Part shown: in pieces, positions 9,931 to 22,291 of the stretch | How the letters are laid out: the number at the start of each line of letters is the position of its first letter | Numbering within the stretch: position 1 is the stretch's first letter | Assembly: GCA_002269645.1 (NCBI GenBank) | Contig: NIVC01000105.1 | Span: 411,992 to 475,991 of the forward strand | Length of the DNA stretch: 64,000 bases | Origin: Macrostomum lignano | Taxonomy: Eukaryota | Reading direction: 5' to 3' | Position numbers and translations under genes: made by a program | Notes under the pieces: model-generated | What the model saw: only the letters and a program-made list of their open reading frames with translations | What the model was told of the DNA's origin: nothing | Database searches by the model: none

Positions 9931-12900
9931 GCAAAATCCCCCGACCCTGCCTGTGTGCCCAGAAGAAGAGGAGCTCAAGGTGCAGGAATGCCAAAGCCGC
10001 CTCAATGCTTCGCTGGTGAACAGGCTGCCACAAAGTCGAGCATTTTACACCGGAGTGATGCAGCCCACAGAGCTTAGCAGAGTCTGCAGGTGAGTTATAT
10101 ATTCTCATATAAATTATTGAACAATTAGCTTTCATACATCATAATTGGCGGGATGCTAATTATAGATAGATAATTGTCAGTATTAGGGATCGAATTTTCA
10201 GAGTGTAAGTATTTTAGTCAACTATTTTGCTCAATTAAACTGCCCATCAAAATGTGTTATGACTCATCGATATGAACTTCCCGATTGGAAAGTTCTGAAT
10301 ACCCCGCTCCTTTAATGCTGAGATATGAAACCCTAAAGGGCCGACAGTTGGTGTCAGATAGCGCCGACAATGTGTCAGATGGCGCCGAAAATTTGTGTCA
10401 GATGGTGAAGACAATTGATGTCAGATAGCGCCGACAATTGGTGTCATACGGCGCCGACAATTGGTGTCAGATAGCGCTTAAAATTAAGGTCAGATGGCGC
10501 CGACAATATGTGTCAGATGGCGCCGAAATTTGTGTCAGATGGTGAAGACAATTGATGCCAGATAGCGCCGACAATTGGTGTCATACGGCGCCGACAATTG
10601 GGGTCAGATAGCGCTTAAAATTAAAGTCAGATGGCGCCGACAATATGTTTCAGATAGCGCCAAAAATTTGTGTCAGTTGGCGAAGACAATTGATGTCAGA
10701 TACCGCCGACAATTGGTGTCAGATAGCGCTTAAAATTAAGGTCAGATGGCGCCGACAATATGTGTCAGATGGCGCCGAAAATTTTTGTCAGATGGTGAAG
10801 ACAATTGATGTCAGATAGCGCCGACAATTGGTGTCATACGGCGCCGACAATTGGTGTCAGATGGCGCCGACAATTGGTGTCATACGGCGCCGACAATTGG
10901 TGTCAGATAGCGCTTAAAATAAAGGTCAGATGGCGCCGACAATGTGTCCGATTGCGCTTATGTTACTGTTAGGTGGCGTAAAAATATCGAGAAAATTTCT
11001 GTCAATCAGCCATAGCTGACCGTCACTCAAAGACAGGAAAAAATCTGCACCCAAACGCACTCACAGGATCATCACCTACTATTCGGCCTGCGACACCAAT
11101 GCTCTCGGCTTTTGTCGACGAATCCGACCGACGCCGCCGCCGACAGACTATTTCTTTATGTCGTTGGCGAACTTTTGCTATAACGGCGCTTTTAACGGTA
11201 GATCGATGCACGACTTGTTTGGTAGTCTGGGACTTTGTGACTCTGGGACTTTGGGACTCTGGGACTTTGGGACTCTGGGACTTTGGGACTCTGGGACTTT
11301 GGGACTCTGGGACTTTGGGACTCTTGGACTTTGGGACTCTGGGACTTTGGGACTCTGGGACTTTGGGACTCTGGGACTTTGGGACTCTGGGACTTTGGGA
11401 CTCTTGGACTTTGGGACTCTGGGACTTTGGGACTCTGGGACTTTGGGACTCTGGGACTTTGGGACTCTGGGACTTTGGGACTCTGGGACTTTGGGACTCT
11501 GGGACTTTGGGACTCTGGGACTTTGGGACTCTGGGACTTTGGGACTCTGGGACTTTGGGACTCTGGGACTTTGGGACTCTGGGACTTTGGGACTCTGGGA
11601 CTTTGGGACTCTGGGACTTTGGGACTCTGGGACTTTGGGACTCTGGGACTTTGGGACTCTGGGACTTTGGGACTCTGGGACTTTGGGACTCTGGGACTTT
11701 GGGACTCTGGGACTTTGGGACTCTGGGACTTTGGGACTCTGGGACTTTGGGACTGGGACTTCGGATTCGGAGTAAAAGGTGAATGAGACTTTCCGTTTCA
11801 ATTTCAGACTATCCGACCCTGTTCCTGTGCTATCGCTCAGCAAGCAGGCGAACTTCAGATTGTTACGAAAAATTTCGATTCAACACCGACAAGCAAGCAG
11901 CTCTGAGGCGCGGCTACGACTGCAGGTGATTGATTGTCAGGTTGTCAGATTGTAAGGTTGTCAGGTTGTCAGGTTGTCAGGTTGTCAGGTTGTCAGGCTG
12001 TCAGGTTGTCATGTTGTCAGGTTGTCAGGTTGGTAGATTGTCAGGTTGTCAGGTTGTCAGGTTGCCAGATTTTCAGGTTGTTAGATTGTCAGTTTGGCGC
12101 TAAACTAGCTGTCAGATTGGCGCTAAACTATCTGTCAGATTGGCGCTAAACTAGCTGTCAGATTGGCGCTAAACTAGCTGTCAGATTGGCGCTAAACTAG
12201 CTGTCAGATTGGCGCTAAACTAGCTGTCAGATTGGCGCTAAACTAGCTGTCAGATTGGCGCTAAACTAGCTGTCAGATTGGCGCTAAACTAGCTGTCAGA
12301 TTGGCGCTAAACTAGCTGTCAGATTGGCGCTAAACTATCTGTCAGATTGGCGCTAAACTATCTGTCAGATTGGCGCTAAACTATCTGTCAGATTGGCGCT
12401 AAACTATCTGTCAGATTGGCGCTAAACTAGCTGTCAGATTGGCGCTAAACTAGCTGTCAGATTGGTGCTAAACTAGCTGTCAGATTGATGCTAAACTAGC
12501 TGTCAGATTGATGCTAAACTATCTGTCAGATTGGCGCTAAACTATCTGTCAGATTGGCGCTAAACTATCTGTCAGATTGGCGCTAAACTATCTGTCAGAT
12601 TGGCGCTAAACTATCTGTCAGATTGGCGCTAAACTAGCTGTCAGATTGGCGCTAAACTAGCTGTCAGATTGGCGCTAAACTAGCTGTCAATTTGGCGCTA
12701 AACTAGCTGTCAGATTGGCGCTAAACTAGCTGTCAGATTGGCGCTAAACTAGCTGTCAGATTGGCGCTAAACTTTTTGTCAGATTGGCGCTAAACTATCT
12801 GTCAGATTGGCGCTAAACTAAACTTAACTTAACTAGACTTTCTGATGAAAGTTATTGCAACCTCAAACCTTTTTAATTAGGCATACAAAAAAAGCAGCAC

Positions 12901-13298
12901 CAACAAGAAGTGCCGGGACTAACCTTGAAAAACAAAGGTGACTTGGCAGAATGTTGAGGTTTGTTAGATAAGGAGAGAAAAAACTACAGCAAGAATGTGT
13001 CAATCAACACTAATTTACAGAATACTAGTCGCTGAAACTTCATAATTAAGTCTCGTAAAATTATGCTCCTAACTTAATTATTACAGTAACCATTTCAATG
13101 CTTTTAATTGAATTTGGTAGGACTGTATTTCGCAGAATTTATAAATTCAGACTGAAGGCTCTTCCATTCCAGTTGGCTAAATTAGAAGTCCTCGCGCACC
13201 ACCACGGGCTAAAGGGGCGAGGATTTTAGGAAGTCCACGCGTTTATCTGTCAATTGGCTTGACACCTTTCTCACTATCTCACACTCGGTCAGTGTGCG

Positions 13299-13336
<38 letters not shown>

Positions 13337-16156
13337 CTGTTGTCGCTTCTTTAATGCCAGCATCCAGAGGTGTTCGCATACCTGACCCAAGGACAACCCA
13401 GGGATTCTTCGACAACGACGAACAGTCTTATAAGGGCCAAAATACCTTTAACCCTCCAAGGCGTTGAAATAGATTGATGGTTTTGTGGGGGAAAACTACG
13501 ATGGGAGGGGATGCTATTCAAACTATTTTGTAAGTGTGTGCACGCGCGTGTGACATTCTGTTTGTCCCTTTCAAGGACATATTACTTAAGCAATTGGATT
13601 TAGAAGTCAGCGCCAGAGCGGCAACAATCATAGTCCCGTAGAAGATTCAGTGCTGCAGACAAGATTTTAGCGCCACAGACTAGATTTTAGCGCCACAGAC
13701 AAGATTTTAGCGCCACAGACAAGATTTTAGCGCCACAGACAAGATTTTAGCGCCACAGACAAGATCTTAGCGCCACAGACAAGATTTTAGCGCCACAGAC
13801 TAGATTTTAGCGCCACAGACAAGATTTTAGCGCCACACACTAGATTTTAGCGCCACAGACAAGATCTTAGCGCCACAGACAAGATTTTAGCGCCACAGAC
13901 TAGATTTTAGCGCCACAGACAAGATTTTAGCGCCACAGACTAGATTTTAGCGCCACAGACAAGATTTTAGCGTCACAGACAAGATTTTAGCGCCACAGAC
14001 TAGATTTTAGCGCCACAGACAAGATTTTAGCGCCACAGACAAGATTTTAGCGTCACAGACAAGATTTTAGCGCCACAGACTAGACTTTAGCGCCACAGAC
14101 TAGATTTTAGCGCCACACACTAGATTTTAGCGCCACAGACAAGATTTTAGCGCCACAGACAAGATTTTAGCGCCACAGACAAGATTTTAGCGCCACAGAC
14201 AAGATCTTAGCGCCACAGACAAGATCTTAGCGCCACAGACAAGATTTTAGCGCCACAGACAAGATTTTAGCGCTGCAGACTAGATCTTAGCGCCACAGAC
14301 AAGATTTTAGCGCCACAGACAAGATTTTAGCGCCACAGACAAGATTTTAGCGCCACAGACAAGATTTTAGCGCTGCAGACTAGATCTTAGCGCCACAGAC
14401 AAGATTTTAGCGCCACAGACAAGATTTTAGCGCCACAGACAAGATCTTAGCGCCAAAGACAAGATTCTGGCGAAAATTGTAAAATAATTCAGATTTAAAA
14501 CTGGCAAGGGGACGGTTTTAGCAATACCCACTGCTGGGAACAAACTAAAAAAGCGCTGTGCCTCTATTTCAGCATAAAGAGCTTTAAGAAGACATTGGCT
14601 TCAGAATTTTTTTAGTCCAGAATTTAGTTCTGTATAGCGAAAAATGATGAAAATAGTTATCCAGATGAAACGATTAGTAAGGCTACAAAAGTCTTAACTG
14701 GTATGTTGGGGTTAAATGCCCTGTCCAAGACAATGCAGTGTTGCTGGTAGCTAGCTGGCTCTGTTTCCAGCTGAACAAAGTGCCCCCGTTCTTAGACTTT
14801 CAGTTGTTTTCTTATATACGATTCAAGTGTCCCAAAATCCGTGTCACAAAGTCTCTCTCCTTGTCTGGCATCTTCAACTCTCCCTAGAGGAAGCCCTACC
14901 TGTGTAGCCAAAGATAAAAGTATACCTATGTAGCTGGTAGTTTAGTAACAGTCCATTAGCATTGAAATAACAATGCCGATTGTCCCGAAATCCCTTAGCA
15001 ATTATTGGCGCAAAAATTGCTTCCTGTTTTTCAGGCTGTACAGATCCCTAGTCGACTGCGTTGCTAAGGAAATCGGCTCGATGTGCGGGGAAGAGGCGGT
15101 GAAGCTGGTCGAACCACTGCTGGAAATCTCAGTGCCCACTGCGGCCTTCTGCACTTCGAACAAGTTCATGGTGACTGGACTGTGCTGTGTGATTTTGCTA
15201 TTGGGTGGCGCACTCAAGATGATGCAGCTGTCCCCATCTAAATATCAGCACCCTCTATGCCCCTGAGACACATACCCTCTATGACCCTCAGACACCCACC
15301 CTCTATGACTCTGAGACACCCACCCTCTATGAACGTGAGACACCCACCCTCTATGACCATGAGACATCTACCCTGTATGACCCTCAGACACCCACCCTCT
15401 ATGAACATGAGACATCCACCCTCTATGACCATGAGACATCTACCCTGTATGACCCTCAGCCACCCAGCCTCTATGACTCTGAGACACCCACCCTCTATGA
15501 ACGTGAGACACCCACACTCTATGACCATGAGACATCTACCATGACCCTCAGACACCCAGCCTCTATGACCGTGAGACACCCACCCTCTGTGAACGTGAGA
15601 CACCCACCCTCTGTGAACGTGAGACACCCACCCTCTATGACCATGAGACATCTACCCTGTATGACCCTCAGACACCAACCCTCTATGAATCTGAGACACC
15701 CACCCTCTATGACCGTGAGACACCCACCCTCTAAGACTCTGAGACACCCACCCTCTATGACCATGAGACATCTCCCCTGTATGACCCTCAGACACCCAGC
15801 CTCTATGACTCTGAGACACCCACCCTGTATGACTCTGAGACACCCACCCTCTATGACATTGAGACACTCACCCTCTATGACCCTGTGACACATATCTCCG
15901 ATTATAGAAGTATTCTAATTCAATTAACATTCACTCCCTCCGGCTCACTCTTCTTCAGAAGTACGTGGTGTCGCTACAAAACGACAAAACTGTCAACTCA
16001 GGCGAAGGTGCAACATCGGGAAGCAGTGCCAACCCGCTGGTCTCGGGCGATGACGGCGTCACCTCAGACTCGGCATCAAACTCAGTGTCGAAATTCATCC
16101 TGGCAATTAGTTTGACTATTGTCGCTTTTATCCAATTGACTTATGACAGATTTTAA
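9931..16156 (+). CDS. Spliced Cys-rich, probably GPI-anchored extracellular protein (two internal Cys repeats, DUF19/CPG4-like by eye)
   Basis: Five exons with AG/GT ends and matching phases: 9931-10089, 11067-11197, 11808-11925, 15035-15170, 15959-16156. Joined product: QNPPTLPVCPEEEELKVQECQSRLNASLVNRLPQSRAFYTGVMQPTELSRVCRIITYYSACDTNALGFCRRIRPTPPPTDYFFMSLANFCYNGAFNDYPTLFLCYRSASRRTSDCYEKFRFNTDKQAALRRGYDCRLYRSLVDCVAKEIGSMCGEEAVKLVEPLLEISVPTAAFCTSNKFMKYVVSLQNDKTVNSGEGATSGSSANPLVSGDDGVTSDSASNSVSKFILAISLTIVAFIQLTYDRF*. The Ser/Gly-rich stalk plus hydrophobic tail fits a GPI signal. Confidence 0.8.
10350..10950. repeat. ~23-bp satellite (TGTCAGATGGCGCCGACAATTGG) with higher-order units of ~115-185 bp
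   Basis: Monomer variants recur in fixed order, each HOR ending in ...gatagcgcttaaaa(t/a)taa. Confidence 0.93.
11228..11757. repeat. 16-bp minisatellite (GGGACTTTGGGACTCT)n, ~33 copies
   Basis: Near-perfect array. The GTLGLWD ORFs are repeat translations. Confidence 0.98.
11934..12820. repeat. Compound array: 8-bp (TTGTCAGG)n 11934-12092, then 23-bp (GTCAGATTGGCGCTAAACTA[G/T]CT)n 12093-12820
   Basis: Direct inspection. It starts 8 bp after the donor at 11926. Confidence 0.96.
13652..14470. repeat. 20-bp minisatellite (GATTTTAGCGCCACAGAC[A/T]A)n, ~41 copies
   Basis: Direct inspection. It shares TTTAGCGCCA with the reverse complement of the 12093 unit. Confidence 0.97.
15245..15885. repeat. 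24-bp minisatellite (GACACCCACCCTCTATGACTCTGA)n
   Basis: Direct inspection. It fills the intron 15171-15958. Confidence 0.95.
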
Positions 16157-16519
16157 TAAATCATAGCTATAGATCACTCAATTTATCGACAGATGGAGCA
16201 GAAGGAAAATATTGAAGAGAGCGTATTGAAGAAGATTGAAGAAGATTGAGTAAAGCGACCTTCTGCTCCAGCTGTCTATATGCATAAATTCTACGTTTTT
16301 AAAACATTCATTCAGGCAAGATATTTCCAATTAACTTAATGCAACTCAACTCGTATACACCATATAGTAATGGTCACCATCATATAGCTCTCTTTCTGTA
16401 TTGTGTGTTCAAATCATTTGCTACTCCTGATGCATGTTAGTTTCATTTTTTGTGACATAAAGCGCCCTATATGTACATCTTTTTGTGTATTTTTCTGATT
16501 TTATTTAAATTGATAGAAG

Positions 16520-16970
16520 CGGGTGTACATTGGCTGTGAGAGGGTGAGGGTTGGTCACTGAGGATCGGGTGTACATTGGCTGTTGGAGAGGGGTGGGGGT
16601 TTGGCCATTGAGGGGCGTGTGTACATTGGCTGTTGGAGAGGGGTGGGGGTTTGGCCATTGAGGGGCGTGTGTACATTGGCTGTTGGAGAGGGTTGGGGGT
16701 TTGGCCATTGAGGGGCGTGTGTACATTGGCTGTTGGAGAGGGCCGTGGGTGTTTGGCCATTGAGGGGCGTGTGTACATTGGCTGTTGGAGAGGGGTGGGG
16801 GTTTGGCCATTGAGGGGCGTGTGTACATTGGCTGTTGGAGAGGGGTGGGGGTTTGGCCATTGAGGGGCGTGTGTACATTGGCTGTTGAAGAGGGCCGTGG
16901 GTGTTTGGCCATTGAGGGGCGTGTGTACATTGGCTGTTGGAGAGGGGTGGGGGTTTGGCCATTGAGGGGC
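16520..16970. repeat. 50-bp G-rich minisatellite, ~9 copies
   Basis: Unit gtgtacattggctgttggagaggggtgggggtttggccattgaggggcgt. Confidence 0.96.
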
Positions 16971-17924
16971 TTGTGAGAGGGCTTATGATGCCGAGGGTTG
17001 GTGTGGGGTTGGTTTTTGAGAAGCGTGTGTACAACGTGTACACTGTACAACTTTATGTTGTATTTATATAATTTGCATGCACGTTATTACAGCTTACAAC
17101 CTACATGTATCAGATACTTCTAGCGTAGTTGCAAATGTCTTTAGTCAAGTTCGTTATTGAAAATCAGTATGTACCTTGGTGTGCGTGTACTTAAATAGCT
17201 ATAAATACATGTAATAATTAGACTGCTTTCAGATGAACAGAATTAATGTGATTGTGCCAGTCAGTGTATACTGTGAGCAATCAGATTGCTTATTTATTGT
17301 GCAAGAGTTTTGTCGAAACTAAACGAAAAAGTCCATAGTCTGATCGAAGCTTCTGAAGTTATACAAGTTCTACTAAATTTACTTTATGTATGTAGAGCTA
17401 GATACGTAATACGCGTAAGATGTGAGCACAGCAACAAGGAAACTGCATTAGATTAACGACACGCCCTGGGATTAGATAAGAAAGGATGAGCGGAAATGGC
17501 GAGGCCTCCGCTTCCCTGCCCACTGCATGCTCAGCGCTCATCATCTAAGGGGAATTGAGTCGGCGGAATTAACGTACCACAGGATTGAAAGACACTGCTG
17601 ATAATAGATTAAAAATTTCCCCTGGTCACACTTCCTCTGCGAGGCTTCTACAAGGATATCGCCTGTATATAATAACTCATACAGCATTCAGGCCTTTTAT
17701 TAAGAGAGCAAGCAGGCAGTAGATAATTGTCTCAATTAGGAAGCGGAGATTCAGTTTTGCACGCCTGCAGCATATTTCACTCCAAGCGGACTAATGTGTA
17801 GCATTTCACCATAAGGTGTATGATTTGTGACTCCTGATTGTTATAATTATCATCACGTTCACCGGTTCTCTTCTCAGTCCAATTCACATCTTCATTTTCT
17901 CTCTAAAACTACCAAAACCTCTGC

Positions 17925-19890
17925 ATGCTGTCTCACCCTCTGTAGCCTCATTACCTCACCCTCTGTAGCCTCTTTATCTCACCCACTGAAGCCTCTATCT
18001 CACCCTCTGTAGCCTCTTTATCTCACCCACTGAAGCCTCTATCTCACCCTCTGTAGCCTCTTTATCTCACCCACTGAAGCCTCTATCTCACCCTCTGTAG
18101 CCTCTTTATCTCCCCCTCTGTAGCCTCATTATCTCACCCTCTGTAGACTCTTTATCTCACCCACTGTAGCCTCATTACCTCACCCTCTGTAGCCTCTTTA
18201 TCTCACCCACTGAAGCCTCTATCTCACCCTCTGTAGCCTCTTTATCTCACCCACTGAAGCCTCTATCTCACCCTCTGTAGCCTCTTTATCTCACCCACTG
18301 AAGCCTCTATCTCACCCTCTGTAGCCTCTTTATCTCCCCCTCTGTAGCCTCATTATCTCACCCTCTGTAGACTCTTTATCTCACCCACTGTAGCCTCTTT
18401 ATCTCACCCTCTGTAGCCTCTTTATCCCCCCTCTGAAGCCTCTTTATCCCCCCCCCCACTGTAGCCTCTTTATCTCACCCACTGTAGCCTCTTTATCTCA
18501 CCCTCTGTAGCCTCTTTATCCCCCCTCTGAAGCCTCTTTATCCCCCCCCCACTGTAGCCTCTTTATCTCACCCACTGTAGCCTCTTTATCTCACCCTCTG
18601 TAGCCTTTTTATCTCACCCACTGTAGCCTTTTTATCTCCCCCTCTGTAGCCTCTTTATCTCACCCACTGTAGCCTCTTTATCTCACCCACTGTAGCCTCT
18701 TTATCTCACCCACTGTAGCCTCTTTATCTCACCCTCTGTAGCCTTTTTATCTCACCCACTGTAGCCACATTACCTCACCCTCTGTAGCCTCTTTATCTCA
18801 CCCACTGTAGCCTCTATCTCACCCTCTGTAGCCTCATTATCTCACCCTCTGTAGCCTCATTATCTCCCCCTCTGTAGCCTCTTTATCCCCCTCTGTAGCC
18901 TCTTTATCCCCCCCACTGTAGCCTTTTTATCTCACCCTCTGTAGCCTCTTTATCTCACCCACCGTAGCCTCCTTCTCACCCTCTGTAGCCTCTATCTCAC
19001 CCTCTGTAGCCTCTTTATCTCACCCTCTGTAGCCTCTTTATCTCACCCACTGTAGCCTCTATCTCACCCTCTGTAGCCTCTTTATCTCACCCACTGTAGC
19101 CTCTTTATCTCACCCACTGTAGCCTCATTATCTCACCCTCTGTAGCCTCTTTATCTCACCCACTGTAGCCTCTATCTCACCCTCTGTAGCCTCATTATCT
19201 CACCCACTGTAGCCTCATTATCTCACCCTCTGTAGCCTCATTATCTCACCCTCTGTAGCCTCTTTATCTCACCCTCTGTAGCCTTTTTATCTCCCCCTCT
19301 GTAGCCTATTTATCTCACCCTCTGTAGCCTCTTTATCTCACCCACTGTAGCCTCTATCTCACCCTCTGTAGCCTCTTTATCTCACCCACTGTAGCCTCTA
19401 TCTCACCCTCTGTAGCCTTTTTATCTCACCCTCTGTAGCCTCTTTATCTCACCCACTGTAGCCTCTATCTCACCCTCTGTAGCCTCTTTATCTCACCCAC
19501 TGTAGTCTCTTTATCTCACCCACTGTAGCCTCTTTATCTCACCCACTGTAGCCTCTTTATCTCACCCTCTGTAGCCTCTTTTTCTCACCCTCTGTAGCCT
19601 CATTATCTCACCCTCTGTAGCCTCTTTATCTCACCCTCTGTAGCCTCTTTATCTCACCCACTGTAGCCTCTATCTCACCATCTGTAGCCTTTTTATCTCA
19701 CCCACTGTAGCCTCTATCTCACCCTCTGTAGCCTCATTATCTCACCCACTGTAGCCTCATTATCTCACCCTCTGTAGCCTCATTATCTCACCCTCTGTAG
19801 CCTCATTATCTCACCCTCTGTAGCCTCATTATCTCACCCTCTGTAGCCTCATTATCTCACCCTCTGTAGCCTCATTATCCCACCCTCTAG
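17925..19890. repeat. 21-23-bp minisatellite (TCTCACCCTCTGTAGCCTCTTTA)n, ~85 copies
   Basis: Direct inspection. Confidence 0.97.
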
Positions 19891-20409
19891 TCTCTTTATT
19901 TCCCCCTCTGTACTCCTATCCTCTTCTGTACCCCCGTGTATTTTTTATTATACCAAAGAAAGAGATCAGACAATACCTGTAGCAAAAAATGTAATCATAC
20001 GATCTAACAATAGATTTATGTAAATATGATTAGCAGATTAAAGCAAATTTATTTCCGCCTAAAAATACGGATAAACCGATCGATAAAAGATATAAAAGTG
20101 CGTAAAAAAATTGACTAATAAAGAAAAAAACTAATTTTGATTGCACATAGAAATAACGGATAAATTTTATACATTTACACTACTAACTCTAGCAGACGAG
20201 CAGTAGTATAACCAGCAACTCTGACACGTCAGATGCGTGGTCTTGGATAGATACTGGTAGATAGAAGCATAAATTGCATTGCAGACTGGATAGAGCCGTT
20301 AAACAGCGGATTTTAAATATAAAAATAAAATCTGATTCTATCCAAAGTATGGAAGAATTCTATCAATCATGTTTAAATCTCTCAGTCATGATTAAACAGT
20401 CACTGACTG

Positions 20410-20840
20410 GTGCCTCAGTCAGTCAGTCAGTCAATCATTACATCAATTTTTTAATGAACAAGTCAATCAATCAATCAATTAATCAACCAACCAATCCATC
20501 AATCAGCCAATTATTACATCAATTTTTTAATGAACAAGTCAATCAATCAATTAATCAGTCAATCAATCAGTCAATCAACCAATCAGTCAATGAATGAATG
20601 AATGAATCAGTCAATCAATAAATCAATCAGTTAGTCAACCAATCAGTCAATCAATAAATCAATCAGTTAGTCAACCAATCAGTCAATCAGTCAATCAATA
20701 AGTCATCCAATTAGTCAATCAATCAATCAGTCAATCAATCAACCAATTAGTCAATCAATCAATAAACCAACCAATCAGTCAATCAATCAATCATCCAGTC
20801 AATCAATCAATTAGTCAATCAATCAGCAAGCCAGTCAGTC
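20410..20840. repeat. Degenerate tetranucleotide microsatellite (TCAA/TCAG)n
   Basis: Direct inspection. Confidence 0.92.
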
Positions 20841-20954
20841 ATCAAGTTTGAGAAATAGTAAAAAACAAAATCTAAAAAATAAGCACAATTATCCAGCATA
20901 ATCAAGAAAAAAACTCTGTATAAAATGATCCAGTCATAGAGAGTGAGCCATGTC

Positions 20955-22207
20955 TCACATTCCAGCAGAATGGCGTCTGTCAATCACAGCGGCGTCACCA
21001 GAGCGCCACATGTTGTCAAGATAGTTCAGCGCAATATCCATCGGTGTGACAGTAGCTTTGGCCTGCTTAGCAACGGCCTTAGCAACGGTGACAATATGAC
21101 GGCGGCGCCTTAGCAGCAGAGCGTGCAGAAGGCAGAGCAGAATCAGCACAATTGATGAAGCGGCAACGCTCAGTATTGGTTTGATTAGGCAGGCAAGCAA
21201 AACAGCACAGCTGCCAACAAGGGGAAGGGCCGCCAGAGTCTGCGGGAGGAGAGGGAACGAAGTAGAGAATGGGGGCTATTGGCCATAGACAGTATTAGGC
21301 TCATAAATTCTTGCCTTCAAAAAGGACAGGCGTGCTGACTACACTTGGGCAAAGGACAGCAAATAACTTTTTGGGATCGGTGGGAGGCAAACGATCTGGG
21401 AGGCTGGCCCAGCAACTGAGGATCTGGGAGGCTGGTGGCCCAGCACCTGAGGATCTGGGAGGCTGCTGGCCTAGCAACTGAGGATCTGGGAGGCTGGCCC
21501 AGCAACTGAGGATCTGGAAGGCTGGTCCAGCAACTGAGGATCTGGGAGGCTGGCCCAGTAACTGAGGATCTGAGAGGCTGGCCCAGCAACTGAGGATCTG
21601 AAAGGCTGGTCCAGCAACTGAGGATCTGGAAGGCTGGTCCAGCACCTGAGGATCTGGGAGGCTAGCCCAGCACCTGAGGATCTGGGAGGCTGGCCCAGCA
21701 ACTGAGGATCTGGGAGGCTGGTGGCCCAGCAACTGAGGATCTGGGAGGCTGGTGGCCCAGCAACTGAGGATCTGGAAGGCTGGTCCAGCAACTGAGGATC
21801 TCGGCTAGGGTTGGACAATAAGAAAGACAGAAAGCAGCAAAGTGCACTACCTGAGCATTAGCATTTACCTGCCGGTGTCCGCCAGTCTCCAGCAGCAGCA
21901 GCCGCATCCTCAGCCAGTTCCTCTGCAGCCACAGGCAAAGCAGCGCCACGCCGACAATTCCAGCAAAGCCAAGCAGAACTTCGATAGGCCGACAGAAGAC
22001 CATCAGCAGGCAGGAGACAACCAGACACAGCAGGTAGTTGGTCTGGTACAGCAGCAGGTTGTGCCGGACGCGCTGCAAACAGCGCCGTCGCTCGGCGATC
22101 AGGTCGGGCAGGTGGAAGCGAGCGGCGCCGTCCTGCAGCGGGGCGAACTGCGACAGCGGCTGGAGAGCCGGCAGTCGGATCTGCGGCTTCTTCGATGCTG
22201 ACGGCAT
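20955..22207 (-). CDS. PRA1-family protein (PRAF2/PRAF3-ARL6IP5-like), 207 aa, 2 exons
   Basis: Exon 1 is 22207-21869 (donor CAG|GTAAAT) and exon 2 is 21239-20955 (acceptor ctcctcccgcag|), phase 0. It has the PRA1 signature RVRHNLLLYQTNYL and C-terminal LLHALLLRR...TPMDIALNYL, paralleling PRAF3 FIHASLRLR...TPMGIVLDAL. Confidence 0.9.
21395..21800. repeat. 28-31-bp minisatellite (GGAGGCTGGCCCAGCAACTGAGGATCTG)n in the PRA1 intron
   Basis: Direct inspection. Confidence 0.96.
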
Positions 22208-22291
22208 GAGGTGAATGAAAAATATGCGACTGCACTACTAACAGCGACTTTGGGATTTGATATTTATAATTGTTTTTTTTACAAAAAACAA

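Noticed and set aside
10350-10950. CRISPR-like array of partly palindromic ~23-bp units
   Set aside because: There are no unique spacers, the context is a eukaryotic intron, and no cas genes are present.
11099-11843. GTLGLWD / PKVPESQS repeat proteins
   Set aside because: These are translations of the 16-bp array, which lies inside a phase-consistent intron.
13340-13480. Possible extra exon after a (CT)n tract within intron 11926-15034
   Set aside because: The required phase-2 entry hits TGA after 7 codons, and no matching donor was found.
15238-17050. MTLRHPPS and MYTRPSMAK repeat ORFs
   Set aside because: These are translations of the 24-bp and 50-bp arrays.
21662-21868. C-terminal extension of the PRA1 ORF as given in the ORF track
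   Set aside because: It is read-through into the intron and satellite; the true C-terminus is the exon 21239-20955.
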